NCBI GenBank assembly: GCA_964016885.1
Contig: OZ024754.1
Location: forward strand, 33,232,001-33,296,000
Source of the DNA: Eledone cirrhosa
Lineage: Eukaryota
Direction of reading: 5' to 3'
DNA length: 64,000 nucleotides
In this document: in pieces, positions 25,922-36,632 of the stretch
How positions within the stretch are numbered: position 1 is the stretch's first letter
Layout of the letters: each line of letters starts with the position of its first letter
Notes under the pieces: model-generated
Told to the model about the DNA's origin: nothing
Seen by the model: the letters and a program-made list of their open reading frames with translations, nothing else
Database searches by the model: none
Position numbers and translations under genes: made by a program

Positions 25922-26509
25922 CATATATTTTGACTGGTACTTTATTTTATCGGCCCCGTAATGGGTGAAAAGCAAAGCTGACCTCGGCGGGATTTGAACT
26001 CAGAACGTAAAGGGTCGTAACTATATACCGCAAAGCATGGTGTCCGACCCTCTACTGATACTGCTAATCCATCTACATAATAACAAAAACAACAACAGCA
26101 GCAAAAAAAAATAAATAGAACAAGCAGCATTGACGGTGAGGCCCCACTGGGGTTAATTAAAATCTTATTTTTAAAATGAACCGTACCGGGTTGATTAAGT
26201 ACAATGCAAGGAGGCGTTGTAGACTTTAGTTGGGGTCACTTTCGGTCAGTTTCAGTCTGAACCGGTTTGCTCTAATACGGACTGGTCGACATATTTGGAC
26301 GGGATGCACTTGATATTGTTGCTGTTGTTATTGTTGTGGTTTTGGTTTTCATTATATCCTAATTTAATTTTCTTTAGGCTTTTCATTCTGTCTACACCAC
26401 CTACACACCCACATATATGTGTATGTGTGTATGTGTGTATGTATGTGTATGTGTGTGTGTGTGTAAGTATGTATGTATATGTATATATACACATATATAT
26501 ATATATATG

Positions 26510-26591
<82 letters not shown>

Positions 26592-26593
<2 letters not shown>

Positions 26594-26787
26594 GGAAAAA
26601 GTATGACCCCGACGGCAGAGCTCAAGCCGTTTCGACGGCTATTTCTGAGTCCAGAAATAGCCGTCGAAACGGCTTGAGCTCTGCCGTCGGGGTCATACTT
26701 TTTCCCATTTCCCACTCTACTACCCTAAGTATTGAGTACTCTGGTGCGTTATGGTCCATTTGGTTCCTTACCACAATTCCTTTGTTA
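26592..26787 (+). mobile_element. HHR family A fold-back mini-element
   Basis: Palindrome centred on TTTCTG-AGTC-CAGAAA; GAAAC-GGC..GCC-GTC-GGGG; tail ending TTCCTTTGTTA. Confidence 0.85.
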
Positions 26788-26952
26788 TATATACACATAT
26801 ATATATACACATATATATACACATATATATATATATACGTATATATATATATATATACACACACATGTATATATATATACACATATATATATATATGTGT
26901 GTGTATGTAAACATATGTGTGTATGTGTATGTATTGTATATATATATACAAT

Positions 26953-27033
<81 letters not shown>

Positions 27034-27522
27034 TGTGTGTGTGTATGTGTGTGTACGTATCTATATACGTATGTATATACGTATGAATGTATGTATGTAT
27101 GTACACAGGTATATAGTAGACACACACGTATGTGAATGTGCTAATATATAGCTAATGAGTCTTGAAGAAGAATCAACGTGAGAAAAGTTGGGGTTCAGGT
27201 GAGATACTCAACCGACCTGAGAGTGAACCACGCCTACTCTAGAGGGGGTCTAGGGTTGGCCTGGCGGAGGAATGGCCTCTTTCACACCCCCATCAACGTG
27301 ATCATTAACCCAGCAGGGATTCGAAACTCTTTCTATATGTGCTTCACCATTACACTGGCTCTGACACCATTACACCTCCACTGAAAATACAGTCAATCAA
27401 CAACACCGTTTGACCAGTTGATGTTAGTACCAGCAGCTACCGCTATCAGCACCACCTTCACCACAACCACCATCGACACCATCACTACCATCGCCACCAC
27501 CACCATCACCACCATATCTATG

Positions 27523-27586
<64 letters not shown>

Positions 27587-27590
<4 letters not shown>

Positions 27591-27720
27591 AAAAGAATCA
27601 GGACCCCGACGGCTGAGCTCCGGCCGTTTCTACTCTTTTCCTGTTTCCCACTCTACTACCCTAAGTATCGAGTACTCTGGTGCGTTATGGTCCATCTGGT
27701 ATCTTACCACACTTCCTTTG

Positions 27721-27723
<3 letters not shown>
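27587..27723 (+). mobile_element. HHR family A fold-back mini-element (subfamily)
   Basis: TAGGAAAAGAATCAGGACCCCGACGG inverted arm followed by tail. Confidence 0.7.
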
Positions 27724-27782
<59 letters not shown>

Positions 27783-27826
27783 ATTATATATGTGTGTATA
27801 TTTATATATGTATATATAATTATATG

Positions 27827-27901
<75 letters not shown>

Positions 27902-27948
27902 ATACATATAATTATATATACATATATAAATATACACACATATATAAT

Positions 27949-28016
<68 letters not shown>

Positions 28017-28069
28017 TAGTTGTAATGTTAATGGAAGAATGAATTCATTCTTCCATTAACGTTATAAGG

Positions 28070-28154
28070 GGTCTGACGAGCCGCGGGTTACAGAGTCAGG
28101 TCAGATCGATACAGATCGAACCTTGAGCTGATCAGTGGCGAAACGCGCGTCACT
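28070..28154 (+). ncRNA. Type I hammerhead ribozyme
   Basis: GGT-CTGACGA-GCCGC..GTGGC-GAAAC-GCGC-GTC-ACT with palindromic stem III. Confidence 0.75.
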
Positions 28155-28203
28155 AACCAATAAACGTAATGAAGGAGTAACCAATCGTCCTTGTTATCTT
28201 ATT

Positions 28204-28286
<83 letters not shown>

Positions 28287-28480
28287 GAAGAATTAGAAAT
28301 AGAAGCCAGGACTATCCGTCATCAGTGGTCTACCAGCCATCATAGGTATTTCTTCGCATTACAGACCATATACCACCGGCTAGGGCAATACAATAACTAA
28401 ATTAAGTTATTGGGATAAAAAGAGTTGGGCGGAGAAAGAAAGACAGGTAAACAAACACGAATTGTGAGGCAACGTGTATA

Positions 28481-28526
<46 letters not shown>

Positions 28527-28615
28527 TAAAGTTAGTCCTTCATCAGTGATATACATATCAGTCCAGAATTAGCCGTCGAAATGGCTTGAGCTGAGCCGTC
28601 GGGGTCCTACTCGTT

Positions 28616-28684
<69 letters not shown>

Positions 28685-29030
28685 CGAAAAAAAAGATGAA
28701 ATCGAAAATGCAACTGGAGTCTTATTTTTTTTAAATATATATATTTATTTGGTTCCTTTACCGGTTTCGCAGTTCTTTTCAAAAGTAGTGTTGAGATGGA
28801 GGGTCTGTGGTTTTACTCATATCTGAGAAAAACCACAGACCCTACATCTCAACTCTACTTTTGAAAAGCAGAAGAACTGCGAAACCGGTAAAGGAACCAA
28901 ATAAATCTATATATTTTTTTAAGATAAGACTCCATTTGAATTTTCGATTTCATCTTTTTTTCTTTATACTTTCACTCGTGTAGGACACCTCGGTTATTTT
29001 TCATTTTGTAAAAAAAAACTCACTTTCTAA
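28685..29030 (+). mobile_element. HHR family F fold-back element with tail
   Basis: ~135-bp inverted arms centred at about 28820, with GAAAC-CG-GTA-AAGG half ribozyme; ~70-nt tail. Confidence 0.75.
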
Positions 29031-29041
29031 TATATATATAC

Positions 29042-29146
<105 letters not shown>

Positions 29147-29163
29147 TTATATATATATATATG

Positions 29164-29297
<134 letters not shown>

Positions 29298-29312
29298 TAT
29301 ATATTAGAATAT

Positions 29313-29753
29313 ATGATATTAAATAAATGGAAACTATATTTATAAAACCATATTTATTTCATTATATATATTTCAGGGATATCATATTAAAACTATGGTA
29401 TGCCTTCTTCAGACAAAATACAATATAAACAGTCTTATAAATAGATAGATTTGACATACCTTACAACTTCAACTTCCATTTAAAAAGTTGATTTTTAAAT
29501 GGAAGTTGATGTTGAAAGGTATGTCAAATCTATCTATTTATAAGACTGTTTATATTGTATTTTGTCTGAAGAAGGCATACCATAGTTTTAATATGATATC
29601 CCTGAAATATATATAATGAAATAAATATGCTTTTATAAATATAGTTTCCATTTATTTAATATCGTAAATATACTCCAAATACTTGTTGAGTGCTTTTATA
29701 TCAGTTATAAATATTTACTCGTTGTAACCCAACAATTTAAATAAAACTTTGCA
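29313..29753 (+). mobile_element. HHR family B fold-back element with tail
   Basis: Inverted arms centred at about 29490; HHR in both arms (29355-29420 minus, 29558-29623 plus); ~90-nt tail. Confidence 0.85.
29558..29623 (+). ncRNA. Type I hammerhead ribozyme (family B)
   Basis: TATTTTGT-CTGAAGA-AGG..CCT-GAAA-TATATA-TA-ATGAAATA. Confidence 0.72.
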
Positions 29754-29809
29754 TATATATATATATATGTATTTATATATATATATATGTATTTATATAT
29801 ATATATATG

Positions 29810-29976
<167 letters not shown>

Positions 29977-30129
29977 TTAAACATATTGATTGACTCACGG
30001 CTTATAGTAGAAGACACTTTCCTATCAGGTCACTTAGTGTAACTGAACACGAAACTGTATGGGTTCCAAGTGACCTCCTTGACCGCACACCTAGGCATAA
30101 ATATCATCACCATCGTTGTCATCACAAAA

Positions 30130-30160
<31 letters not shown>

Positions 30161-30442
30161 ATAATAATAATAATAATAATAATGATTTCATTTATTGGCC
30201 ACAAGGGCCGACATATAGGGGACAACACAATAGACAGGGACAGTGGGGGTTTACATAGAGATCGAGTAAGTATAAATAACAAAAAAACAAAAACAAAATA
30301 ACAATAAAAATACAACAATGAAAGTTCCCCAATAAGAGGGATCACCACCCAGGGTTGACTCAAGCACCCCACCAGTCCTGAGCCACCCGACGCTCCTAGG
30401 GCACCCGGGAAGGGCACCCCTCTCCTTCTCGAATTCACCAGC

Positions 30443-33400
30443 CTACAGGCGCATGATCAGAGTAGGCCCACTCACGCGGGCCATTCTCGCCACATTCACC
30501 CACCTTTCAGTAAATGTACTGGGGGGCAGCACTTCTCTCTCCACCCTCACCTTCCTTTCCAAGTGAAACTTGAAGAAGTTGATGAGGGATTGGCCGAAGA
30601 GAAAAGTGTCTGTCTTCAGTCCTTTCAACCTGGTCCACCATGCAACCTCTTTCGCTACTGCCACCAGGCAGAGGAAAATTGCCTGCCCTTCCTGACCAAA
30701 AGAAGGCGGCGGGTCAATCTTCACTATGGACTCGGACGATAGCCGGATCCGTTCTACACGCGACAATAGCTGTTCGACATAACCCCACAAGTCAGCAATG
30801 CACGGACACTGGACGAGTGCGTGCAGAACGGTTTCGTCGCTCTGCGCGCATCTCGGGCAGGTTCGTCTGACAGCACTTCCGTGCCTGTAGAGTTTATCCC
30901 GAACCGGCAGCGCCCCCCGGTAGCACTGCCAAGCGAGGGATTTCTGGAAGTTATCCATCGTCCCCGGCTCGAAAGTCCTCCGGAACATACTGGTCAGTTC
31001 TACTTCGTTGACGCCCAGAGCCTCTCCTAGTACGTCATCGCACTTGCCCTCCACTAATCCTCTATAGAAATCTTGAGTGGAAGTTCCACTGACCGCATTG
31101 CCCACCTTGCAGAGTGCAGTGAGCGCCTGGCAACATTCCAGATGCCAGTCGCCCAGTCTCGGTCTCTTCTTGACCCAGGACTGCAGCTCAGTCAAAGAGA
31201 TGAGCTGCGGAAAGGCCCGTCTAACAAACGGCGACCACACCTGTTCACCGTTTAGGCAAAATATCTGGAGATGTCGCAGCCTCAGCGCATGTCTGCGCAT
31301 CATTAGCCACGGCATGCCCAGCCCTCCACGAAGAGGGTGCTGGCAGCAGATGGACCGCCTCACCAACGGGACCCGTCCCCTCCACAAAAATTTGAAAAGG
31401 AGCCGTTCCAAATTGGCGAGGCGTGGACGGGGGCAAGGCACGACGGTCAGGCGGTAGTAGATGACGGACGCGATGTACGCGTTCGCCACCTCCGCCCGCC
31501 CTTTCAGTGATAGCTTTCTCTCAGCCCATTTCTGGGTGAGGTTGGCTATCCTGCTCGTCACCTCGTCCCAATTCTTATCCACCTGGAGGTCTGGTCCGAA
31601 CCAAACCCCGAGCAACTTTACCGGTCCGTCTGTCCAGCGCCCAACGACGCTGTTGGACGGCATGGACTTGCCTCTCCAGGTGCCGAGCTGCAAGCCCACC
31701 GACTTTTCCGGGTTAAGTTTTGCTCCCGTCAACCTTTCATATTCCTCCAAATGGGTGCGGATCACCTCGATTTCCGAGGTGTCCGACACCATCACGGTGA
31801 TGTCGTCCGCATAAGCGGACGCAGCCTTTCTACGTCCCGGTTCGAGCGGGATGCCCTGCAACAACTCCAGCTTCCGCAGTAGAGGCTCAAGAGTCAATAC
31901 GTACAGAAGTGAGGAGAGAGGGCACCCTTGACGGACCGATCGAGAGATCTGAAACGGTTCCGAGAGGTGGCCATTAACTTTGACCACCGAGCGGATGCCG
32001 CTGTACATTGCAGCGATCCAGCTTCTGAAGACGGGGCCGAAGCCAGCCGCCTCGAGGACAGCCTCCAAGTACCGATGGTCGACCCTATCGAATGCTTTCG
32101 ATTGATCTAAATTGATCAGAGCCCCACCGAAGCCAGGTTTGCACCCAACCCTCTCTATGATGTATCGCATGAGGTGGAGGTTGTCGTGTATGGACCTGGT
32201 CGGGATTGCGCAAGTTTGCGCCTCCCCAACCAAATCTTTGACGACAAGCGCCAACCTTTTCGCTAACACCTTGGCCAAAATCTTAAACTCTGTGTTGAGC
32301 AGGGTTATGGGCCTGAAATTATCTAGTGTGTCCCTCTTGTTCTCGTCTTTCCTTATCAGCGTCACTACGCCACGGCTCACAGAACTGGGAATGCTCCCGT
32401 TCTGCTGCCAGTTGCAGTAGAGCGCTTCGAGGAGATCGGAGAACAAGTCTGGCATATTTACGTAAAGCTCGTAGGGCAGACCATCCAAACCGGGTGACTT
32501 GCGACTCGAGCAGCCGACAAGGGCGTCCTGAATTTCGGCTGATGTTATCGGCTCTTCGCAGCGCTCAGCGTCGGCCGTCGAGAGGCGTGGCAAGCCGTCG
32601 AGGTAGGGACTGAAGTCCGCCGCCGTCTCCGACTCACCCATCCTCCCGAACAATCGAGCAAAGTGCTGGCGAAAGGCCTCACACATCTGCTTGGAATCGC
32701 TCAGTTCGTGTCCATCTCGATCCGTCAAAGACCGAATTGTGGTTTTATTTCCACGCTGCGTCTCTGCAAAGCGAGCCCATCGGGCAGCTTTGGTTCCCTC
32801 GTTCCTCAGAGCACGCGCCTTAGCTCTGACAATGCAACCTTCGTGTTTCGCATTGAAGAAATGGTCTAGTGCCATTCTCGCCGCTAGCACGTCTGTTGCA
32901 ATGCCACTACAAATAGCCTCGTCTAACTTAGCTATCAGCCCCTCCTCCTTTCTATTTTTCTCTATTGCTACTTCTTTGCTAAATCCTATCGAGGTTGCTC
33001 TAATCTCTCTTTTGAGTGCCCCCCACCACCTGTTGTTGACAACCCCCCCTGTCAACTTTTGCTTAACTAAGTTGTTGACCCGGTCCCTGTAAGCTTTACG
33101 TGCCGGAAACGACATGTTTAGCTTCCAGTAGCTAGGTCCTAACCTACGTGTCTTATCTAGGTCGACCATACAGATCACAAGCTTGTGATCTGAATAGGCA
33201 ACCGTTTTAAAATGTGGACATCCTACACTATTTCTATCTCTTTTCCTAATGAAAATCCTATCTATGTACGATCTAGATGACCCTATGCGATTGGTCCAGG
33301 TCCATACTGGCGCATTAGGGAAATCTAGTCGGTACCTGTCAGACAGTTGAAACTGGCTGATCAGGTACTTGAGGCTTTTGCACCCCCCGCTCCTATCAGA

Positions 33401-33862
33401 TACTCCCACACAATCCCAGCGTGCTTCTAAGATGCCATTCCAATCCCCTATTAACAGTAAAGGGCGAGACGTAAGCAGAAAGTTTTCCAGGCGCCTAAAG
33501 AAGTCCGGCCGACCGGCCCCAGTAGGGGCGTAGACGGCCACCAGTCTAAAGGCACCACCTTCGCTATTGCTCACGTCCAGGACCACCAACTTTCCGTCAG
33601 GATCCCGGAAGATTGACCTTACCTCGAGATCCAGACATTTCCTAAACAGCACAGCCACTCCACCTCCCATTCCCGGCCGACTAACAGATGCAAAGATCTG
33701 ATAATCGTCGAAAATCGGCGCCAGTGCGCGTGTGTCGGAAATTCTGGTCTCGCTGATGGCAATTACATCCATTCCTAGTGACCTGAGGTCGTTGAGCAAG
33801 TGACCTTGCTTCCAGGGCGACCCCAGGCCACGAACATTTAAACTTCCTACTCTTATGGCCAT
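30443..33862 (-). CDS. Tx1 ORF2: APE endonuclease, reverse transcriptase and C-terminal zinc finger
   Basis: SLNVRGL, ISETR, GDWN, SYIDRIF, SDH (APE); KSPGLDG, NFRPITLLN, DQSKAFDRV, RQGCPLS, AYADD (RT); CPRC..ETVLHALVQC. Confidence 0.96.
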   Translation of the reverse strand: MAIRVGSLNVRGLGSPWKQGHLLNDLRSLGMDVIAISETRISDTRALAPIFDDYQIFASVSRPGMGGGVAVLFRKCLDLEVRSIFRDPDGKLVVLDVSNSEGGAFRLVAVYAPTGAGRPDFFRRLENFLLTSRPLLLIGDWNGILEARWDCVGVSDRSGGCKSLKYLISQFQLSDRYRLDFPNAPVWTWTNRIGSSRSYIDRIFIRKRDRNSVGCPHFKTVAYSDHKLVICMVDLDKTRRLGPSYWKLNMSFPARKAYRDRVNNLVKQKLTGGVVNNRWWGALKREIRATSIGFSKEVAIEKNRKEEGLIAKLDEAICSGIATDVLAARMALDHFFNAKHEGCIVRAKARALRNEGTKAARWARFAETQRGNKTTIRSLTDRDGHELSDSKQMCEAFRQHFARLFGRMGESETAADFSPYLDGLPRLSTADAERCEEPITSAEIQDALVGCSSRKSPGLDGLPYELYVNMPDLFSDLLEALYCNWQQNGSIPSSVSRGVVTLIRKDENKRDTLDNFRPITLLNTEFKILAKVLAKRLALVVKDLVGEAQTCAIPTRSIHDNLHLMRYIIERVGCKPGFGGALINLDQSKAFDRVDHRYLEAVLEAAGFGPVFRSWIAAMYSGIRSVVKVNGHLSEPFQISRSVRQGCPLSSLLYVLTLEPLLRKLELLQGIPLEPGRRKAASAYADDITVMVSDTSEIEVIRTHLEEYERLTGAKLNPEKSVGLQLGTWRGKSMPSNSVVGRWTDGPVKLLGVWFGPDLQVDKNWDEVTSRIANLTQKWAERKLSLKGRAEVANAYIASVIYYRLTVVPCPRPRLANLERLLFKFLWRGRVPLVRRSICCQHPLRGGLGMPWLMMRRHALRLRHLQIFCLNGEQVWSPFVRRAFPQLISLTELQSWVKKRPRLGDWHLECCQALTALCKVGNAVSGTSTQDFYRGLVEGKCDDVLGEALGVNEVELTSMFRRTFEPGTMDNFQKSLAWQCYRGALPVRDKLYRHGSAVRRTCPRCAQSDETVLHALVQCPCIADLWGYVEQLLSRVERIRLSSESIVKIDPPPSFGQEGQAIFLCLVAVAKEVAWWTRLKGLKTDTFLFGQSLINFFKFHLERKVRVEREVLPPSTFTERWVNVARMARVSGPTLIMRL

Positions 33863-33891
33863 GCTGGCAGGATGAATGGGAGAGGAAAGGT

Positions 33892-35802
33892 TTACTTACC
33901 TTCCGGGGTCTTGTGAAGGTCGGGTGGTTCGACCTCCATGGTTTGTGGGGTTTCTTTTGGGAACCCCTTTAATAGTCTTGACGTGGGTTTTACGTTCGGG
34001 GTTCCCACATCCCGAGGAAAGCTCTTTCGAATTTCTTTGTATGAAGCGAGCGACATTCGCATCAGAAGCAAATTATCTGGTACGCGAAATGTGCTCGCTT
34101 CAAATGTTTCCCCGTCTTTTTCGATGTTTGTGCTTCGTGCTACATGGGCCATCAATTCCTTGTTGGCCCTTCTGGCAAGCACGAAGTTTTTAATGTTTTG
34201 TTGCTCGGGTTTTATTTGTTCGTGTGATTGTGGTGGTGATAGCTTTGTTAGTGTTGTTTCTATTGTGTCTGCGTTTGTTGTGGGTGGGGTGTCTGTAGTT
34301 TCTGATGTTTGTGTGTCTATTTGTTCTTGTGTCTGTTTAGCTTGTTTGCGTTTGGGGGATTGTGGTGGTTGTGTTGGTGATGCTGTGGGGAAAATGTTTG
34401 TGTGGGTGGTGTGTGTATTTTCTTTTGTGGGGGTGTTTGTGCTTTGTGGATTTCTTTTTTTTTTGTGTTTTGTTTTTTGTATTTTGGGGGACTTTGGTTT
34501 TCCCTCATCTTCACTGCTGGAGGATGAGGGGTCTGTGGCTGTGAGCGTGTTTGTGTCTGAGTGAGTGTTTATGTTCTTGTTCGTGTGTGTATTTTGGGGG
34601 GGAGGGGGAATGGGAGAGCTTTCCTCGTTTCCCCCCTGGGTGTGCAATTTTGGTGGTTCCATTGTTGACGGTGTTGCTGGTGGTCCTTGTCCCGGCGTCG
34701 CCAGCAGTGGAATCTTTCGACCCCTTGCGCTTTTCGGCAGTTGAGGGCAGAAGGCTCGCAAGTGTGTCGTTTCCCCACAAAGGAAACAATGCGGCCTTTT
34801 GCCCTCAGTCATTATATGCAACACCCTCCCGTTTTGGAGGCGGATGTGGTCCGGGATTGCTTTCACGTTTTCGGGTCTGATTTGGAGCAGTATCTCCAGA
34901 TCAACCCCGGACCAGTCGTCCCTGGCAGTTCTCGTTGCCTCTACCGGGACTGTATCCGTTCCTTCCACGATTACGCAACCCAGGAGCCACCACATATCAA
35001 GTCCTGGTGGAATCCTGGGAATGCGCACACGTGCTATTCGTTTTCCCATGTGGGAGGGGTACATTATGACCTTGCTGGTTTTGCAAGGGGTCATTGAATG
35101 CTTCACAGCGAGGGCTTCAGACTTGAACAGCACCGAAACGGTGCCGTATTGCCTGCCCCTCTCTATGAAGTCTGTGTCCTCTCTGATGTATTTCAGTGCG
35201 GCTTCTATGTCAGCTTGGGCGATTATCGCTGCCCTCTTTGTCTCTACTGAGATGCATCTGAAATGCACCGTTCTTTTTTCCACTGCCTCAATGGCTTCTG
35301 CCGGGACAGTTAAGTTTGCCCAGGTCTGCTCTTGATTTATGATTTTCCAGGCCTGGGCCAACTTTTCCTCTCTGTTGGTTAAGTCGATGCTGTAGCATGG
35401 TCTCCTTTTAGCCGCTGCCACAGCAGCGAAAGTGTTCTTGTTGGTGTTGTCACTGTTGTTGTTCTTGTTGGTGTTGCTGCTGCTATTGCTGTTGTTGTTC
35501 TCCCCTGTGTCGTGGTTACCTTCTGTGCTGTTGGCCTTGTTGGTGCTGCTGCTGTCGCTACTATTACTCTCTGTGCTGTTCGTTTTGTTGGTGCTCTCGC
35601 TATTACCACCTTCTGCGCTGTTCGGCTTGTTGGTGTTGGTGTTGTCGCTGTTACCACCTTCCGCGCCGCTCGGCCCGTTGGTGCTGGCACTGTCGCTGCT
35701 CACATTCGTGCTGGTGGCGCTCCTCGCCTCACCTCTCCTCTCAACGCTCAAGTCGCCGTTGCACGACAGCAGACCCGCCTCTAGGGGGCGTGGCTCCGCC
35801 AT
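33892..35802 (-). CDS. Tx1 ORF1 (gag-like nucleic-acid-binding protein)
   Basis: CCHC knuckle CFLCGETTHLRAFC; low-complexity N and C regions; lies directly upstream of ORF2. Confidence 0.88.
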   Translation of the reverse strand: MAEPRPLEAGLLSCNGDLSVERRGEARSATSTNVSSDSASTNGPSGAEGGNSDNTNTNKPNSAEGGNSESTNKTNSTESNSSDSSSTNKANSTEGNHDTGENNNSNSSSNTNKNNNSDNTNKNTFAAVAAAKRRPCYSIDLTNREEKLAQAWKIINQEQTWANLTVPAEAIEAVEKRTVHFRCISVETKRAAIIAQADIEAALKYIREDTDFIERGRQYGTVSVLFKSEALAVKHSMTPCKTSKVIMYPSHMGKRIARVRIPRIPPGLDMWWLLGCVIVEGTDTVPVEATRTARDDWSGVDLEILLQIRPENVKAIPDHIRLQNGRVLHIMTEGKRPHCFLCGETTHLRAFCPQLPKSARGRKIPLLATPGQGPPATPSTMEPPKLHTQGGNEESSPIPPPPQNTHTNKNINTHSDTNTLTATDPSSSSSEDEGKPKSPKIQKTKHKKKRNPQSTNTPTKENTHTTHTNIFPTASPTQPPQSPKRKQAKQTQEQIDTQTSETTDTPPTTNADTIETTLTKLSPPQSHEQIKPEQQNIKNFVLARRANKELMAHVARSTNIEKDGETFEASTFRVPDNLLLMRMSLASYKEIRKSFPRDVGTPNVKPTSRLLKGFPKETPQTMEVEPPDLHKTPEGK

Positions 35803-36040
35803 GTTTTTTTTGAGATAAAAATTATTTTTTTTTTTTCAAAATAAAGTTCAAATATTTGGGCCAAAAGGCCCAAATATTATGAGTTATTCCTTCACAGGAT
35901 ACAAATTAATGTCTTATAATGCTTCAGCGGTACAAAAAATAAACAATTCTCTACAATTAATCCTCAAAAATTGCTTACTCACGGAGCTTCAAAAAACGTA
36001 CATCCACTTTCGTCAATAATAATAATAATAATAATAATAA

Positions 36041-36227
36041 CAATTGTTTCTACTATTGGCACAAGGCCAGCAATTACCAGTACATTACTGGTACTTTATT
36101 TTATCGACCCCGTAAGGATGAAAGGCAAAGTTAACCTCGGCGAGATTTGAACTCAGAATGGAAAGGGCCGTAACTCTATGCGTCAAAGCATGGCGTCCGA
36201 TCCCCTACCGATACTGCCAATCCACTG
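36041..36227 (-). mobile_element. SINE family 1 copy
   Basis: Matches consensus; its (AAT)n tail abuts the Tx1 5' end. Confidence 0.8.
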
Positions 36228-36476
36228 CACATCTCTACGCTCTAGCAAAAATAATAATAAGGAGGAGGAGGAGGAGGAGGAGGAGGAGGAGGAGGAGGAG
36301 GAGGGTAGGATGAGCAGGAGGAGGGGGAGGAGGAAGAGAAGGAGGTGGAGGAAGAGTATGTCTTATTGGCCGCTGGGGCAGAAGTATTAATAATTATAAT
36401 AGAAAATAAATTAGTTTCTGAGAATATAAAATAAAAGAAAACTGGTAGAGGGAGAAAGAGGTGGAGTAAATGAAGA

Positions 36477-36580
<104 letters not shown>

Positions 36581-36632
36581 AAGGAGGAGGGGGAGGAGGA
36601 GGAGAAGAAAAAGAAGAGAAAGAAGAAGAAGA

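Larger units (their letters stand above)
30184..36013 (-). mobile_element. Full-length Tx1-clade (L1 group) non-LTR retrotransposon
   Basis: ~210-bp 5' UTR, ORF1, 29-nt spacer, ORF2, 3' UTR with AATAAA (30191-30196); (AAT)n on both sides. Confidence 0.93.

Noticed and set aside
26130-26310. Possible host exon in a unique-looking island (also 27130-27400 and 46205-46860)
   Set aside because: No recognisable protein motif or clear splice-site pair; cannot be supported without RNA-seq.
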